Source: a virus
Lineage: Duplodnaviria > Caudoviricetes
Direction: 5' to 3' (one strand)
Virus record (IMG/VR): IMGVR_UViG_3300030332_001412
Coordinates: 2,204 to 66,203 of that record
DNA: 64,000 nucleotides
The notes beneath the pieces are model-generated. The model was given only the letters and a program-made list of their open reading frames with translations. It was not told where the DNA came from and made no database searches. Every line of letters starts with the position of its first letter. Positions within the stretch are counted from its first letter, which is position 1. The translations under genes were made by a program, and so were the position numbers. Positions 1-9,408 of this stretch are shown here, in pieces.

Positions 1-122
1 TGCCCGGCGAGCGCGAGGCCATGGAACAGCTGCTCGACCACCCGGGGGCTTTCGCAATACCAGTCGTAAGGCGCGCGCTCCCATTTCTTGCTGCGGTCCC
101 CGCCAGCGGGACGATTGACCAT
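1..122 (-). CDS. N-terminus (cut by window edge) of a probable phage adenine methyltransferase
   Basis: ATG overlaps the stop of the HTH gene; manual translation MVNRPAGGDRSKKWERAPYDWYCESPRVVEQLF resembles the 'WER..DWY.EP' start of alphaproteobacterial phage MTases; catalytic motifs lie outside the window. Confidence 0.4.
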   Translation of the reverse strand, partial: MVNRPAGGDRSKKWERAPYDWYCESPRVVEQLFHGLALAG

Positions 123-328
123 CAGCGCACCCCCTTGAGGGCTTCGATCTGCTCGGCGGCCAGAGCCTCGGCGGCGGCGGCGAGCAATTTGAGCGTCTTC
201 AGCGTCGGGTTGAAATTCTCGGTGTCGAGGCCGTCCATTATCCGCCTTGCCACGCCAGCCCGCTCCGCAATGGCCGATTTGGTGATACCGGCTTGCAAAG
301 CGGCCCTGATCTTTCGCAGTTCTTCCAT
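122..328 (-). CDS. Cro/C1-type HTH regulator (68 aa)
   Basis: SD CAAGGAG before ATG 328; ITKSAIAERAGVARRIMDGL...NPTLKTL is an Xre/Cro-like HTH; divergent from the rightward arm. Confidence 0.75.
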   Translation of the reverse strand: MEELRKIRAALQAGITKSAIAERAGVARRIMDGLDTENFNPTLKTLKLLAAAAEALAAEQIEALKGVR

Positions 329-340
329 GGGTTCTCCTTG

Positions 341-405
341 CGCGCATTTAAGTGCGCGGGGATTGCGGATTAACGACGCTTGCAATTGCGCGCAAGCCCG
401 CGCAA
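341..405. promoter_or_regulatory. Divergent promoter region with palindromic operator candidates
   Basis: CGCGCA-TTTAAG-TGCGCG (341-358), GCTTGC-N8-GCAAGC (378-397), TTGCGCGCAA (386-395); repeated CGCGCA half-sites. Confidence 0.55.
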
Positions 406-452
406 TAAATCGTCAGCGATTCAAATCGGCAACCACCACAGGAGACGCCTCT

Positions 453-725
453 ATGGCGACCGAACAGGCTCCCCCGATCATGCCCGGGGATGTTATCCAA
501 GACGCAAACGGCCACCTTTATCTCGCCAGCGAGATTCATCGTTGGGGCGTCGGCGCCCTGATGCGCTGGACCGAAGGCGGCCAGGAGCGCGAAAGTTATC
601 ACCGGTTGAAAGCCGGGCAATTCGTCCGGCTAGGCCCGGCGCACACGGTCCCCAAGGAGATCGCCCAGCGCCGGGCCGATGCAATCGCCCATCAGGCCGA
701 ACTCGACGCGGAGGCTGGCCAATGA
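453..725 (+). CDS. Hypothetical protein
   Basis: SD ACAGGAG then ATG 453 (MATEQAPP...). Confidence 0.7.
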   Translation: MATEQAPPIMPGDVIQDANGHLYLASEIHRWGVGALMRWTEGGQERESYHRLKAGQFVRLGPAHTVPKEIAQRRADAIAHQAELDAEAGQ

Positions 726-925
726 CCCCGATTCAGAAGACCGCCCACCGGATCGAAATGGCCAACGGGCGCATCAATGCGATGTCCGGCGGCGGCGGCG
801 TCGATATGGGCGCGCTTGAGGAGGTCATGCTTGAGCGCGATGGCCTGCGCGAGCAATTGCGCGCCGAGGTCCGCGAGGCCACCGGCCTGACGGCCATCGA
901 TCTGATCCGCGCTCTGTCAATCTAG
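722..925 (+). CDS. Hypothetical protein
   Basis: ATGA overlap with upstream gene; MTPIQKTAHRIE... Confidence 0.6.
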   Translation: MTPIQKTAHRIEMANGRINAMSGGGGVDMGALEEVMLERDGLREQLRAEVREATGLTAIDLIRALSI

Positions 926-1022
926 CTTCGGGGGTTTCTAACTCCCTCCCCCGAGGGCCCGGGCGGGTGCTGTCCACCTAAGTCGCCCGCCCGGCGTCCC
1001 CACCCACCACGAAAGGAATGCA

Positions 1023-1805
1023 ATGCCCAAGCAAGTAGAAATCACGCCCGAGGTCCGCGATGTCCTCGAACGCGGCCACTGGCCCTCCGATGACCTTTTC
1101 GAGTTGCCCAAGGGCCAGCTTGATCGAAAGCTATACGAGGGCGTCAACAAGGTGCTGGTCGCATTGGGCGGCAAGTGGAACCGGGGCCGACAGGGCCACG
1201 TCTTTGCTGGCCCGGCGCGCGAGAAATTCGAGGCGGCCATGCAATCGGGCGTCGCGGTCGATCAGAAGCGCACCATGGAGCAATTCTTCACCCCGCCCGA
1301 GATTGCCGACCGGGTGGTGGAAATGGCCATGCCGGGCGATGGCGATTTGATACTTGAGCCCTCCGCTGGCGGCGGCGCGCTGATCGACGCGCTGATCAGG
1401 GGCGGCGTGCTGCCCGGCCAGATTGAGGCAATCGAATTGGACCGCCATCTATACGCCAGCTTGCGCGACCGATTTGGCGCGCAGGCCCGGATGATCTGGT
1501 TTGGCGATTTCATGGCCCGGCCCATCGAATGCCGGTTCGATATTATCGTCATGAACCCGCCGTTCGGGCGTGGGGCCGATATGGCCCACGTGACCCGCGC
1601 GCTCGAATTCCTCCGCCCCGGCGGGCGGCTTTGCGCGATCATGTCGCCCCACTGGACCTTTGCGGGCGATCAGGCCTCGGCGATCTTTCGCGGCCTCGTC
1701 AACGATCATCACCACACATGGGATACCCTCCCCGACGGGTCTTTCCGCGCCAGCGGGACGGGGGTCAGCACTGGCATTCTTTCCATCACCAAAAGGAGCA
1801 TCTGA
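1023..1805 (+). CDS. Class I SAM-dependent N6-adenine-type DNA methyltransferase
   Basis: QFFTP, ILEPSAGGG (motif I), IVMNPPF (motif IV). Confidence 0.85.
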   Translation: MPKQVEITPEVRDVLERGHWPSDDLFELPKGQLDRKLYEGVNKVLVALGGKWNRGRQGHVFAGPAREKFEAAMQSGVAVDQKRTMEQFFTPPEIADRVVEMAMPGDGDLILEPSAGGGALIDALIRGGVLPGQIEAIELDRHLYASLRDRFGAQARMIWFGDFMARPIECRFDIIVMNPPFGRGADMAHVTRALEFLRPGGRLCAIMSPHWTFAGDQASAIFRGLVNDHHHTWDTLPDGSFRASGTGVSTGILSITKRSI

Positions 1806-1808
1806 GCA

Positions 1809-3257
1809 ATGCGTATCGTTCAATTCCACGCCGAGAATTTCAAGCGCCTCGGCCTCGTCGAAATCACGCCCGAGGGCAATCTCGTCACCATCGGCGGCAA
1901 GAACGGACAGGGCAAATCGAGCGTCCTCGATGCGATCTTTGTCGCGCTCAAGGGCCGGGCCGTTGCCCCGCCGAAGCCCATCAGGGCGGGCGAGGAAAGG
2001 TGCGTCATCCAACTCGATCTTGGCGATCTGGTCGTCACCCGCACATTCCGCCAGCAAGAGGGCAAGCCCTATACGGACGCGATCAAGATCGAGGATTCGG
2101 AAGGCCGCCGCTATGGCAAGCCGCAAGAGGTCTTGAACGGCCTGTTGGGAGAAATCGGGTTCGATCCGTTCGAATTCGTCAATCTCAAGCCGAAAGAACA
2201 GGTCGCGCGGCTGCTCGAAATGGTCCCGCTATCGATTGACCTCGACGATTACGCCGCCGCCGATACATCGGACTTTGAGAACCGGCGCGATGTGAACCGC
2301 GATGTCGCCCGATTGAAAGCGCAGCTTGAGGGCATCCCGAAAAAGGATGTGCCGGGCGATCTGCCAGATCGGGAGGCCTTGCGCGAGCAGCTTGGCAATG
2401 CGGCCAATACCAACGCGGCGATCACTTGCGAGCAACAGCGCCGCGAGGATGAAGGCGCTGCCATCGGTCAGGAAGAACAGCGGATCAAGAACGAGCGGGC
2501 CCGCATTGCCGAGCAGCGCCGCTTGCTCGACGAGGCCGAACAGGCCGCCAACGAGGCCTCGACAAAGCTGGACGATCGCGAAAAGGCGCTGGCCGCGCTG
2601 CCGCCGCTCGACGAGTATGTCGATACCGACGCAATCCGGCAAAAGCTGGCCGAGGCCGACGCCATCCAGGCGACGGTCGATGAACAAAACCGCCGGGCCC
2701 AGATCGCCAAGGAACTCGACGCCGCCGAGGCGAAATCGCAGGAATATACCGACGCGATGGCAACCCGGGCCAAGGAGCGGAACGCCGCGCTGGCCGAGGC
2801 CGAAATGCCGGTCGAGGGTCTGGCCTTCTCAATCGACGAGAAGGGCGAGGCGACGCTGACCTATGAGGGCCTGCCGTTCGATAAGGACCAGATCAGCACG
2901 GCGGCGATGCTCAGGGTGAGCACGGCGGTCGGTATGGCCAGCAACCCCCGCCTGCGGGTCTTGCGCATCATGGACGGCTCGCTACTCGACGAGGACAGCA
3001 TGAAGCTGCTCGCCGAAATGGCCGAGGCCGAGGATTTCCAGCTTTGGGTCGAGGTCGTCGGCGATGGCGGGGTCGGCATCGTCATGGAAAACGGCACGAT
3101 TAGGGGCGCGCCAGACGCCGAGGGCGATGCAAAGGAAAAAGCTGCCGCCGAAATCGAGGCCAAGATTGCGACCGCCAAGGCCGAGGAAAAGCCGAAGGCC
3201 AAGGCCAGCAAGGGCGACGCCGCCAAGGATGATCTTTTCGGGGGAGAGGAAAAGTGA
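1809..3257 (+). CDS. SMC/Rad50-like AAA ATPase
   Basis: Walker A GKNGQGKSS, long coiled coil, Walker B/D-loop LRIMDGSLLD. Confidence 0.85.
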   Translation: MRIVQFHAENFKRLGLVEITPEGNLVTIGGKNGQGKSSVLDAIFVALKGRAVAPPKPIRAGEERCVIQLDLGDLVVTRTFRQQEGKPYTDAIKIEDSEGRRYGKPQEVLNGLLGEIGFDPFEFVNLKPKEQVARLLEMVPLSIDLDDYAAADTSDFENRRDVNRDVARLKAQLEGIPKKDVPGDLPDREALREQLGNAANTNAAITCEQQRREDEGAAIGQEEQRIKNERARIAEQRRLLDEAEQAANEASTKLDDREKALAALPPLDEYVDTDAIRQKLAEADAIQATVDEQNRRAQIAKELDAAEAKSQEYTDAMATRAKERNAALAEAEMPVEGLAFSIDEKGEATLTYEGLPFDKDQISTAAMLRVSTAVGMASNPRLRVLRIMDGSLLDEDSMKLLAEMAEAEDFQLWVEVVGDGGVGIVMENGTIRGAPDAEGDAKEKAAAEIEAKIATAKAEEKPKAKASKGDAAKDDLFGGEEK

Positions 3258-3520
3258 GCCGCCCCCTGACAGCCTTGGAGCAAGCGCAACGCCAGCGGAA
3301 CAAGCAGCTTTGCGAGTATGTCCGCAATACCGCACAGGTGCCGCTCGCGGTCCATGATTTCGATGATGACTGGACCCCGGCGGGCTCAATGTATCGCGAA
3401 AGCCTGACCGAAGCGGGATTGATCGAGGTCCGCGAGCCAGCGCCGCCAGAGGAAGGCGGCGACGGCGAGCCGGGCGGCCTTTATCTGACCGAGGCCGGGG
3501 AGGCGCTGGCCAATGAGTGA
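3254..3520 (+). CDS. Hypothetical protein
   Basis: GTGA overlap, operon position. Confidence 0.6.
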   Translation: MSRPLTALEQAQRQRNKQLCEYVRNTAQVPLAVHDFDDDWTPAGSMYRESLTEAGLIEVREPAPPEEGGDGEPGGLYLTEAGEALANE

Positions 3521-3779
3521 CAGCCGACTTGAGCCCGATACCGCCGCCGATAGCGACGACGGGCACGCGCTCCACAGCATCGCGATCAGCCTCAAGCGGA
3601 TCGCCGACGCTGTGTCGGCTGGCGGCACGGTCGATAAACTGGCGGGGCTTCTCGATCCCGAGAACCCCGAGGGTTTCTTGCGGGCCAGCATCAATTGTTA
3701 CGGGGAGGGCATTGGCGAAGCCCTCCAAGGCCAAATCGTGCGCGGCCAGCGCGGGATTGATCAATACGAGGGACGATAG
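3513..3779 (+). CDS. Hypothetical protein
   Basis: Overlaps upstream stop, operon position. Confidence 0.6.
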   Translation: MSDSRLEPDTAADSDDGHALHSIAISLKRIADAVSAGGTVDKLAGLLDPENPEGFLRASINCYGEGIGEALQGQIVRGQRGIDQYEGR

Positions 3780-3783
3780 CACC

Positions 3784-5433
3784 ATGAACAAACGAGATAT
3801 GGAAGACGCGCTGCGGCGCGAGGTAGAGCAATGGCCCGGCGTCGAGGTCGAGTTTGCCGAGCCGACCGGCAAGGGGCATCCGAAAGCGAAATACAGCTTC
3901 GGCGGCAAGATGCTCTCCCACCCCTACGCCTCCTCGCCATCGGATAGCGCGTTCGGCGTGCGCGCCATGCTCGGCGATCATCGCCGGGTCCTGAAGAAGC
4001 TAGGCGCCGAGCGGGCCAAGCCCGAGCCGAGCAAGGAGGAAGACGAGGCCCCCTATCGCAAGCCGAACGATGGCAAGGCGAAGCGGGCCAATCCGATCAA
4101 GACCGGCACCGCGCCGGTGACGCCTGATCTGGCCGAAAAGCTGGTCGATGTCGGCGCGGCCTCGCCCGAGCAGGCCAAGAATGCCAAGGACGCGCAGCCG
4201 ATCATCATCATGCGAAACGAGGGGCCGGAGGGCACGCAAGAGCAGCCGGGCGACGATGCGATCAAGGCGGCTTTCGAGGCGCGCATTGCCGCGATCGTCG
4301 ACGGGATTTATTTCGATCTGCCCGAGGACGTCTATCACGCGGTGCCCCGGCTTTCCTCGTCCGGCATCCAGAAGATTTGCGTCAGCCCGGCGACGTTCTG
4401 GCGCGGCTCTTGGCTCGACCCCGAGCGCCCAGATCATGACGAGGAACAGACGATCTACCAGCTTCTCGGCAAGGCCTATCATGTGGCCCGGCTTGAGCCG
4501 CATCTGTTTGAGTCGACCTATGTGCGCGAGTTGGACAAATCAGAGGCCCCGAAGGGGGCGCTGATAACCGGCGACGATATGAAAAAGGTGCTTGAGGAAT
4601 ATGGCCTGCCGAAATCGGGCAAGGTTCTCGATCAGGCCGAACGCCTCGCCGACGCTGGCTATCCGGCGAACAAACTCTGGCCGCTGATCGTCAAGGATTG
4701 GGAAGCGGAGCGCGGCCAGCGCATCCCCCTCCCGGCCAAGCATTACGACCAGATGGTCAAGGATTCGGAGCGCATCAGCAAGAACGCGGAAATCGCCCCG
4801 TTGCTGCAAGGCGGCGAGGCCGAGGTATCGATATTCTGGACCGATGAACATGGCGTGCAGATGAAAGCCCGCGTGGACTATCTGACGCGCGATTGGTGGG
4901 TCGATTTCAAGACTTTCGACAACAGCCGGGGCAAGAACGTCAATCAGGCCCTCGTCGATGCGGTGCGGTATAACCGCTACTATATTCAGGCCCCGGTCTA
5001 TCGCGAGGCAATCGAGCAGATCAGGGTCGGCAATCTGCCGATCATTGAGGCCAGCACGGACGATCAGCGCGCCTTGATTGCCGCCATGGCGATCCGTCCA
5101 GGCGAGTTGCAATGCTGGTATGTTTTCCAAGAGAAGGGCGGCATCCCGAACCTTCTGGCGCGCGAATTCCCCTTTTACTCGGTGCCCTATACGACGCTGT
5201 TCAACGAGGCGATTACCGACGACGAGGAACGCAAGCTGGCGGTGCGCGAGGCGACCAAAAACCGCACCGCGCTGTTCATCAAGGGGGCGGGCGAGGTCTT
5301 GCAGGCCAAGAAGCTGTTCGAACTATATCGCCAAGTCTATGAGGACGGCGAGCCGTGGTTCCCTATCCATTCGATAGGCAAATTCTCGGACGAGGATTTC
5401 CACCCCTATTGGCTCGAAGGCTCGCTGGCGTGA
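3784..5433 (+). CDS. RecE/ExoVIII-like PD-(D/E)XK exonuclease (DUF3799-like) with N-terminal extension
   Basis: EDVYHAVPRLSSSGIQK, LLGKAYH, MKARVDYL...VDFKT; start at ATG 3784. Confidence 0.8.
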   Translation: MNKRDMEDALRREVEQWPGVEVEFAEPTGKGHPKAKYSFGGKMLSHPYASSPSDSAFGVRAMLGDHRRVLKKLGAERAKPEPSKEEDEAPYRKPNDGKAKRANPIKTGTAPVTPDLAEKLVDVGAASPEQAKNAKDAQPIIIMRNEGPEGTQEQPGDDAIKAAFEARIAAIVDGIYFDLPEDVYHAVPRLSSSGIQKICVSPATFWRGSWLDPERPDHDEEQTIYQLLGKAYHVARLEPHLFESTYVRELDKSEAPKGALITGDDMKKVLEEYGLPKSGKVLDQAERLADAGYPANKLWPLIVKDWEAERGQRIPLPAKHYDQMVKDSERISKNAEIAPLLQGGEAEVSIFWTDEHGVQMKARVDYLTRDWWVDFKTFDNSRGKNVNQALVDAVRYNRYYIQAPVYREAIEQIRVGNLPIIEASTDDQRALIAAMAIRPGELQCWYVFQEKGGIPNLLAREFPFYSVPYTTLFNEAITDDEERKLAVREATKNRTALFIKGAGEVLQAKKLFELYRQVYEDGEPWFPIHSIGKFSDEDFHPYWLEGSLA

Positions 5434-6155
5434 GCGATCTTTTCGGCAACCCCGACCCCATCATCCGGATCGTCGATTTCGAGGCCACCGGCCTTGAGCC
5501 CGACGCTCTGGTGGTGGAGGTCGGCACCACCGATTTGAACGCCGCGACGCGCGAGATTGGCGAGACTCGAGCCACGCTCTGCCGAGTGCCGGCCATGCCG
5601 CCAGAGGTCCGCGCCATCCATCACATCAGGGCCAGCGAGACGGCCGATTTTCCGCCCTATGATCGCCGGGTTCTCTACGAGGAAGCGGCCCGGGCGGGGG
5701 TCTATGCTTGGGCGGCGCACAACGCCTCCTTTGAGGAACGGTATCTGATCGGCCCGCTGCCGGTCTTTTGCACCAATAAGGCGGCGCTGCGGCTTTGGCC
5801 CGAGGCGCCCGCGCATGGCGTCTTTGCCTTGCTCTACTGGCTTGAGGATCAGGGCCGCGTCACGTTCGATCAGGCGCGCGCCCACCCGCCCCATCGGGCG
5901 GGCCCCGATAGCTATGCGACGGCGGTCTTGCTCAAGACGATACTCGACGAAGGCGTGACGGGCCGGACGCTACTCGAATGGACATGCGAGCCGCGGATGT
6001 TGCCGCGCTGCCCGATTGGCGATTGGCGGGGCCGCCCATGGGCCGAGGTCGATTGGGGGTTCCTCGATTGGATCCTCCGCAAGATCGACGACCCCGACAT
6101 CAGATTTAACGCCTCACTGGAAATTGAACGAAGGAGACATAGCGATGAACGATGA
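5430..6155 (+). CDS. DEDDh 3'-5' exonuclease (ExoX-like)
   Basis: IVDFEATG, AHNASFE, HRAGPDS; C-terminal GDWRGRPWAEVDWGFLDW domain; GTG start 5430. Confidence 0.85.
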   Translation: MSDLFGNPDPIIRIVDFEATGLEPDALVVEVGTTDLNAATREIGETRATLCRVPAMPPEVRAIHHIRASETADFPPYDRRVLYEEAARAGVYAWAAHNASFEERYLIGPLPVFCTNKAALRLWPEAPAHGVFALLYWLEDQGRVTFDQARAHPPHRAGPDSYATAVLLKTILDEGVTGRTLLEWTCEPRMLPRCPIGDWRGRPWAEVDWGFLDWILRKIDDPDIRFNASLEIERRRHSDER

Positions 6156-7266
6156 AACCAAGACCGAGGCGACCGAGCCCGGCACCGATATGGCGATCAG
6201 CGATGGCCACAGCCGCAACATCGCCCAGACCGACCCGCTCGGCAGCGTGGGCGCCCTGCTGGACGCGATGATGAAGCTGGCGCGCGACCCCGAGGTCGAT
6301 GCGCAGAAATTCGAGACCATCGCGCGGGTCGCCAAGGACGCCCGCGATGATGCGAAAAAAGAGCAATACTACCAAGATAAGGCCGCCGCGATGTTCGCTA
6401 TGCCGGTCATTCGCAAGGACAAGCGGATCGTCATCCCGGGCAAGGGCGATGCGCCAGATCGGGTGCAAGGCACTTTCGCGTCCTGGCCGGATTTGCAGCG
6501 CGCCATCGACCCGATCTTGCACGCCAACAATCTGCGCCTGAGCCATGAAATCGGCCACGATGGCGTGGTCGTTCTGGTTCGCCCGATTTTGCAGCACCGC
6601 AACGGCTATGTCGAGCGCGGCGACCAGATGGCCCTCCCGCTCGATCAGAGCGGCGGCAAGAACAATACTCAGGGCGCGGGCTCGGCGACGACCTATGGCC
6701 AGCGATATACCACCGTCCCTTTCCTCGGCATTCGCTATGAGGGCGCGCAGGATGATGACGGAAGCCTGACCGCTATGCCGGACGAGCCGATGAACGATCA
6801 GCAGCAAAGGCGGCTTGAAGAAGCCGAGCGCGCCGCCGGTCGGGGCCGCGAGGCCTATGAAAACTGGTTCAAATCGATCCCGCCGATTGACCGCGCTTGG
6901 ATGATTCAGACCGGGCGGCACAATGACTATCGCGACGAGGCCGGGCCGCTGCCCGAGGGCAACGCTCAGATCGAGGCGCAGCCGAAAGGCGAGGCCAAGC
7001 CGAAAGCGAACGGCAAGGCCCAGACGACCCCCAAGGAATGGGCCGAGGGCTATATCGCCAAGATCGGCCAGATCGAAAGCCTGACTGATCTGGCGATGCT
7101 TCAGGACAAGGAGCGCCGCACGCTCGATGCGCTCAAGGGCCGCGACAAGACGCTGCACGATAAATGCGTCAAGGCGGGCAACGACGCTTTCGAGCGCCTG
7201 CGCGGCGATGATGATGACAGCGAGCCCGGCGACGACGCTGGCCTGTTCGATGGAGAAACTAACTGA
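6145..7266 (+). CDS. erf: ERF-family single-strand annealing protein
   Basis: NNTQGAGSATTYGQRYT...DDDG matches the ERF GS..TY.RRY...DDD signature; SD AAGGAG. Confidence 0.8.
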   Translation: MNDETKTEATEPGTDMAISDGHSRNIAQTDPLGSVGALLDAMMKLARDPEVDAQKFETIARVAKDARDDAKKEQYYQDKAAAMFAMPVIRKDKRIVIPGKGDAPDRVQGTFASWPDLQRAIDPILHANNLRLSHEIGHDGVVVLVRPILQHRNGYVERGDQMALPLDQSGGKNNTQGAGSATTYGQRYTTVPFLGIRYEGAQDDDGSLTAMPDEPMNDQQQRRLEEAERAAGRGREAYENWFKSIPPIDRAWMIQTGRHNDYRDEAGPLPEGNAQIEAQPKGEAKPKANGKAQTTPKEWAEGYIAKIGQIESLTDLAMLQDKERRTLDALKGRDKTLHDKCVKAGNDAFERLRGDDDDSEPGDDAGLFDGETN

Positions 7267-7799
7267 TGTTCGATTCCCTTAATCGCGTGCAATTGATCGG
7301 CACTCTCGGGGCTGACCCCGAGGTGCGATCTTTCCAGAATGGCGGCAAGGTCTGCAATCTGCGGGTTGCCTGCTCTGAGAGTTGGAAAGATCGCCAGACC
7401 GGCGAGCGGCAAGAGCGCACCGAATGGATAACGGTCGCGGTCTTTTCCGACGGCCTGATCGGCTTGATCGAGCGGTTCTTGCGCAAGGGCTCGAAAGTCT
7501 ATGTCGAGGGCAAATTCACCACCCGCAAGTGGCAAGATCAGGGCGGGAACGATCGCTACAGCACTGAGGTCGTCGTGCGCGGATTCGGCGGCACGGTCCT
7601 GAAATTGAACAAGGACGATAAAGGCTCGGGCGGTGGCTCTGGCGGCTCTGGCGGCGGCGGCTCTTGGAATCAGGGCGGCGGCGGCGGTGGCCATTCGGGC
7701 GCCGGGGCGTCGAGCGATTGGACGCGCGGCGGCGGTCATCAATCCGATGGTGGGACCGGCTCCCATTACGACGATCTTGATGACGATATTCCGTTCTAG
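7266..7799 (+). CDS. ssb: Single-stranded DNA-binding protein
   Basis: LNRVQLIGTLGADPEVRSF OB fold, Gly-rich linker, C-terminal DDDIPF. Confidence 0.95.
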   Translation: MFDSLNRVQLIGTLGADPEVRSFQNGGKVCNLRVACSESWKDRQTGERQERTEWITVAVFSDGLIGLIERFLRKGSKVYVEGKFTTRKWQDQGGNDRYSTEVVVRGFGGTVLKLNKDDKGSGGGSGGSGGGGSWNQGGGGGGHSGAGASSDWTRGGGHQSDGGTGSHYDDLDDDIPF

Positions 7800-7801
7800 C
7801 C

Positions 7802-8038
7802 ATGGGTCGGCGTGGTCCCCTTTGCGCGGCGGTGCTGGCCGCCGAGTTTCGCCATCAGCAGCCTTGGAAAAAGTGCTGTGAGCAGACCGCCGCACATTGG
7901 GTCGATGGCGTCCCTCTGTGCGGCACCCATTTTAACGCCGCCTATCGCGGCAAGATCGCTGTCGTCGTCCAGATCGAGGCCGACGAAGCTGATATGATCG
8001 GAGAAGATAATGCACGAAAAGGTCAAGCGCCTAATTGA
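7802..8038 (+). CDS. Small Cys-rich hypothetical protein
   Basis: Follows ssb by 2 nt; CC...C..H motifs. Confidence 0.5.
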   Translation: MGRRGPLCAAVLAAEFRHQQPWKKCCEQTAAHWVDGVPLCGTHFNAAYRGKIAVVVQIEADEADMIGEDNARKGQAPN

Positions 8039-8894
8039 GCGCGAGGGGACCGGCATCAGCTGGACCGACCTCACCTTCAACCCATGGATTGGCTGTCAGA
8101 AGATCGGGCCCGCCTGCGATAATTGCTATGCGGAAGATCTGGCGACGAGCCGCCTCGGCGTCGAATGGGGCCCGGGCGCCCCTCGCCGCCGCACCGCGCC
8201 GGGCAATTGGGTCAAGCCCCTGCGGTGGAACCGCATCGCCGAGGAAGCGGGGGTGCGGCTGACGGTCTTTTGCGCCAGCCTGGCCGACGTTTTCGATAAC
8301 GCGGTCGATCCTCAATGGCGGCGCGATCTGGGCCAACTGATCGCCGAGACGAAGCACCTCGACTGGATGGTGCTTACCAAGCGCATCGGCAATGTCCGGG
8401 GCATGGCGCTCGCGATGTTCGATGGGCGCCCGCCGGTCAATTTCTCGCTTGGCGTGACGATTGCCAACCAGATCGAGGCCGACCGCGATCTGCCCAAGAC
8501 GCTCGCGACCAAGGCGGGGCTCTCCATCGACCGGCTGTTCATCAGCGCCGAGCCATTGCTCGGGGCGCTCGATCTAAGGCGCTATCTGCCGGGCGTTGAC
8601 TTGCTGATCGTCGGCGGCGAATCCGGCAAGAACGCCCGCCCGATGAACCCCGCGTGGCCCCTGTCGCTGCGCGATCAATGCGCCGCCGCCGAGGTGCCTT
8701 TCCACTTTAAGCAATGGGGCGAGTGGTTTCGATACGGCGAGGTCGATGCGAGCGGCTTGGAGAATTCCGTCGATAAGGGCCAGCGCCCGGGCTTGTGGCA
8801 TGAATGGCCGACCGGCAATTTCAGCGTCCGTCTCGGCGCGCGAAAGGCCGGGCGCCACCTCGACGGGGTAATTCATTCGGAGCATTTCAAGTGA
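8010..8894 (+). CDS. DUF5131 / phage Gp37Gp68 family (radical-SAM-like Cys motif)
   Basis: ISWTDLTFNPWIGCQKIGPACDNCYA, FCASLADVF, ISAEPLLG, IVGGESG, FHFKQWG. Confidence 0.9.
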   Translation: MHEKVKRLIEREGTGISWTDLTFNPWIGCQKIGPACDNCYAEDLATSRLGVEWGPGAPRRRTAPGNWVKPLRWNRIAEEAGVRLTVFCASLADVFDNAVDPQWRRDLGQLIAETKHLDWMVLTKRIGNVRGMALAMFDGRPPVNFSLGVTIANQIEADRDLPKTLATKAGLSIDRLFISAEPLLGALDLRRYLPGVDLLIVGGESGKNARPMNPAWPLSLRDQCAAAEVPFHFKQWGEWFRYGEVDASGLENSVDKGQRPGLWHEWPTGNFSVRLGARKAGRHLDGVIHSEHFK

Positions 8895-9385
8895 GCAAGA
8901 AACCATACGACGCCCACCAGACCCTAAAGCCGGGCGAGCCGCATTTCACCTTGCAGGGCGGCGACCCGCTGGCCCCCAAGGCGATCAGCTATTACGCCGA
9001 CCTGATCAGGAAGGATGCGCTCAAGCGCGACACCAAGCGCGAGGTCAGCGCGGGCCTGCATCGGGCGGCCTCATGCGACGAGATAGCATGGTCGTTCGAT
9101 GATTACCGGATGGCGGGCATTGAGGCCGAGGACGAGGCCAAGCCGAAACGGAAGGTCGATCTGGCGGCCGGCGCACGCAACGCCGCCGAGCGCCGGGGCA
9201 CATTGATCGATTGCGCCAAGCTATTGAGCAACGCGCGGTCAACCATCGAGGAAGCCGCCGAGGCCCTTCTCGCTATCTCGCGCACCGAGTTTGCCGAGGA
9301 CATCACCCGGCTGCGCGATTGCCAGAACCACCTCCTTGAAAGCCAAGAGGCCATCGACCCCCGCGAAAATGGCTCGGCCACCTGA
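8891..9385 (+). CDS. Hypothetical protein
   Basis: GTG 8891 overlaps upstream stop; EPHFTLQGGDPLAP motif. Confidence 0.6.
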   Translation: MSKKPYDAHQTLKPGEPHFTLQGGDPLAPKAISYYADLIRKDALKRDTKREVSAGLHRAASCDEIAWSFDDYRMAGIEAEDEAKPKRKVDLAAGARNAAERRGTLIDCAKLLSNARSTIEEAAEALLAISRTEFAEDITRLRDCQNHLLESQEAIDPRENGSAT

Positions 9386-9408
9386 TTTTTCCCACCACGG
9401 AGAGCGAA

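Noticed and set aside
7620-7760. GGC-rich repeats in ssb (also GGC runs in the tail fibre)
   Set aside because: They encode ordinary Gly-rich linkers, not a DNA repeat element.
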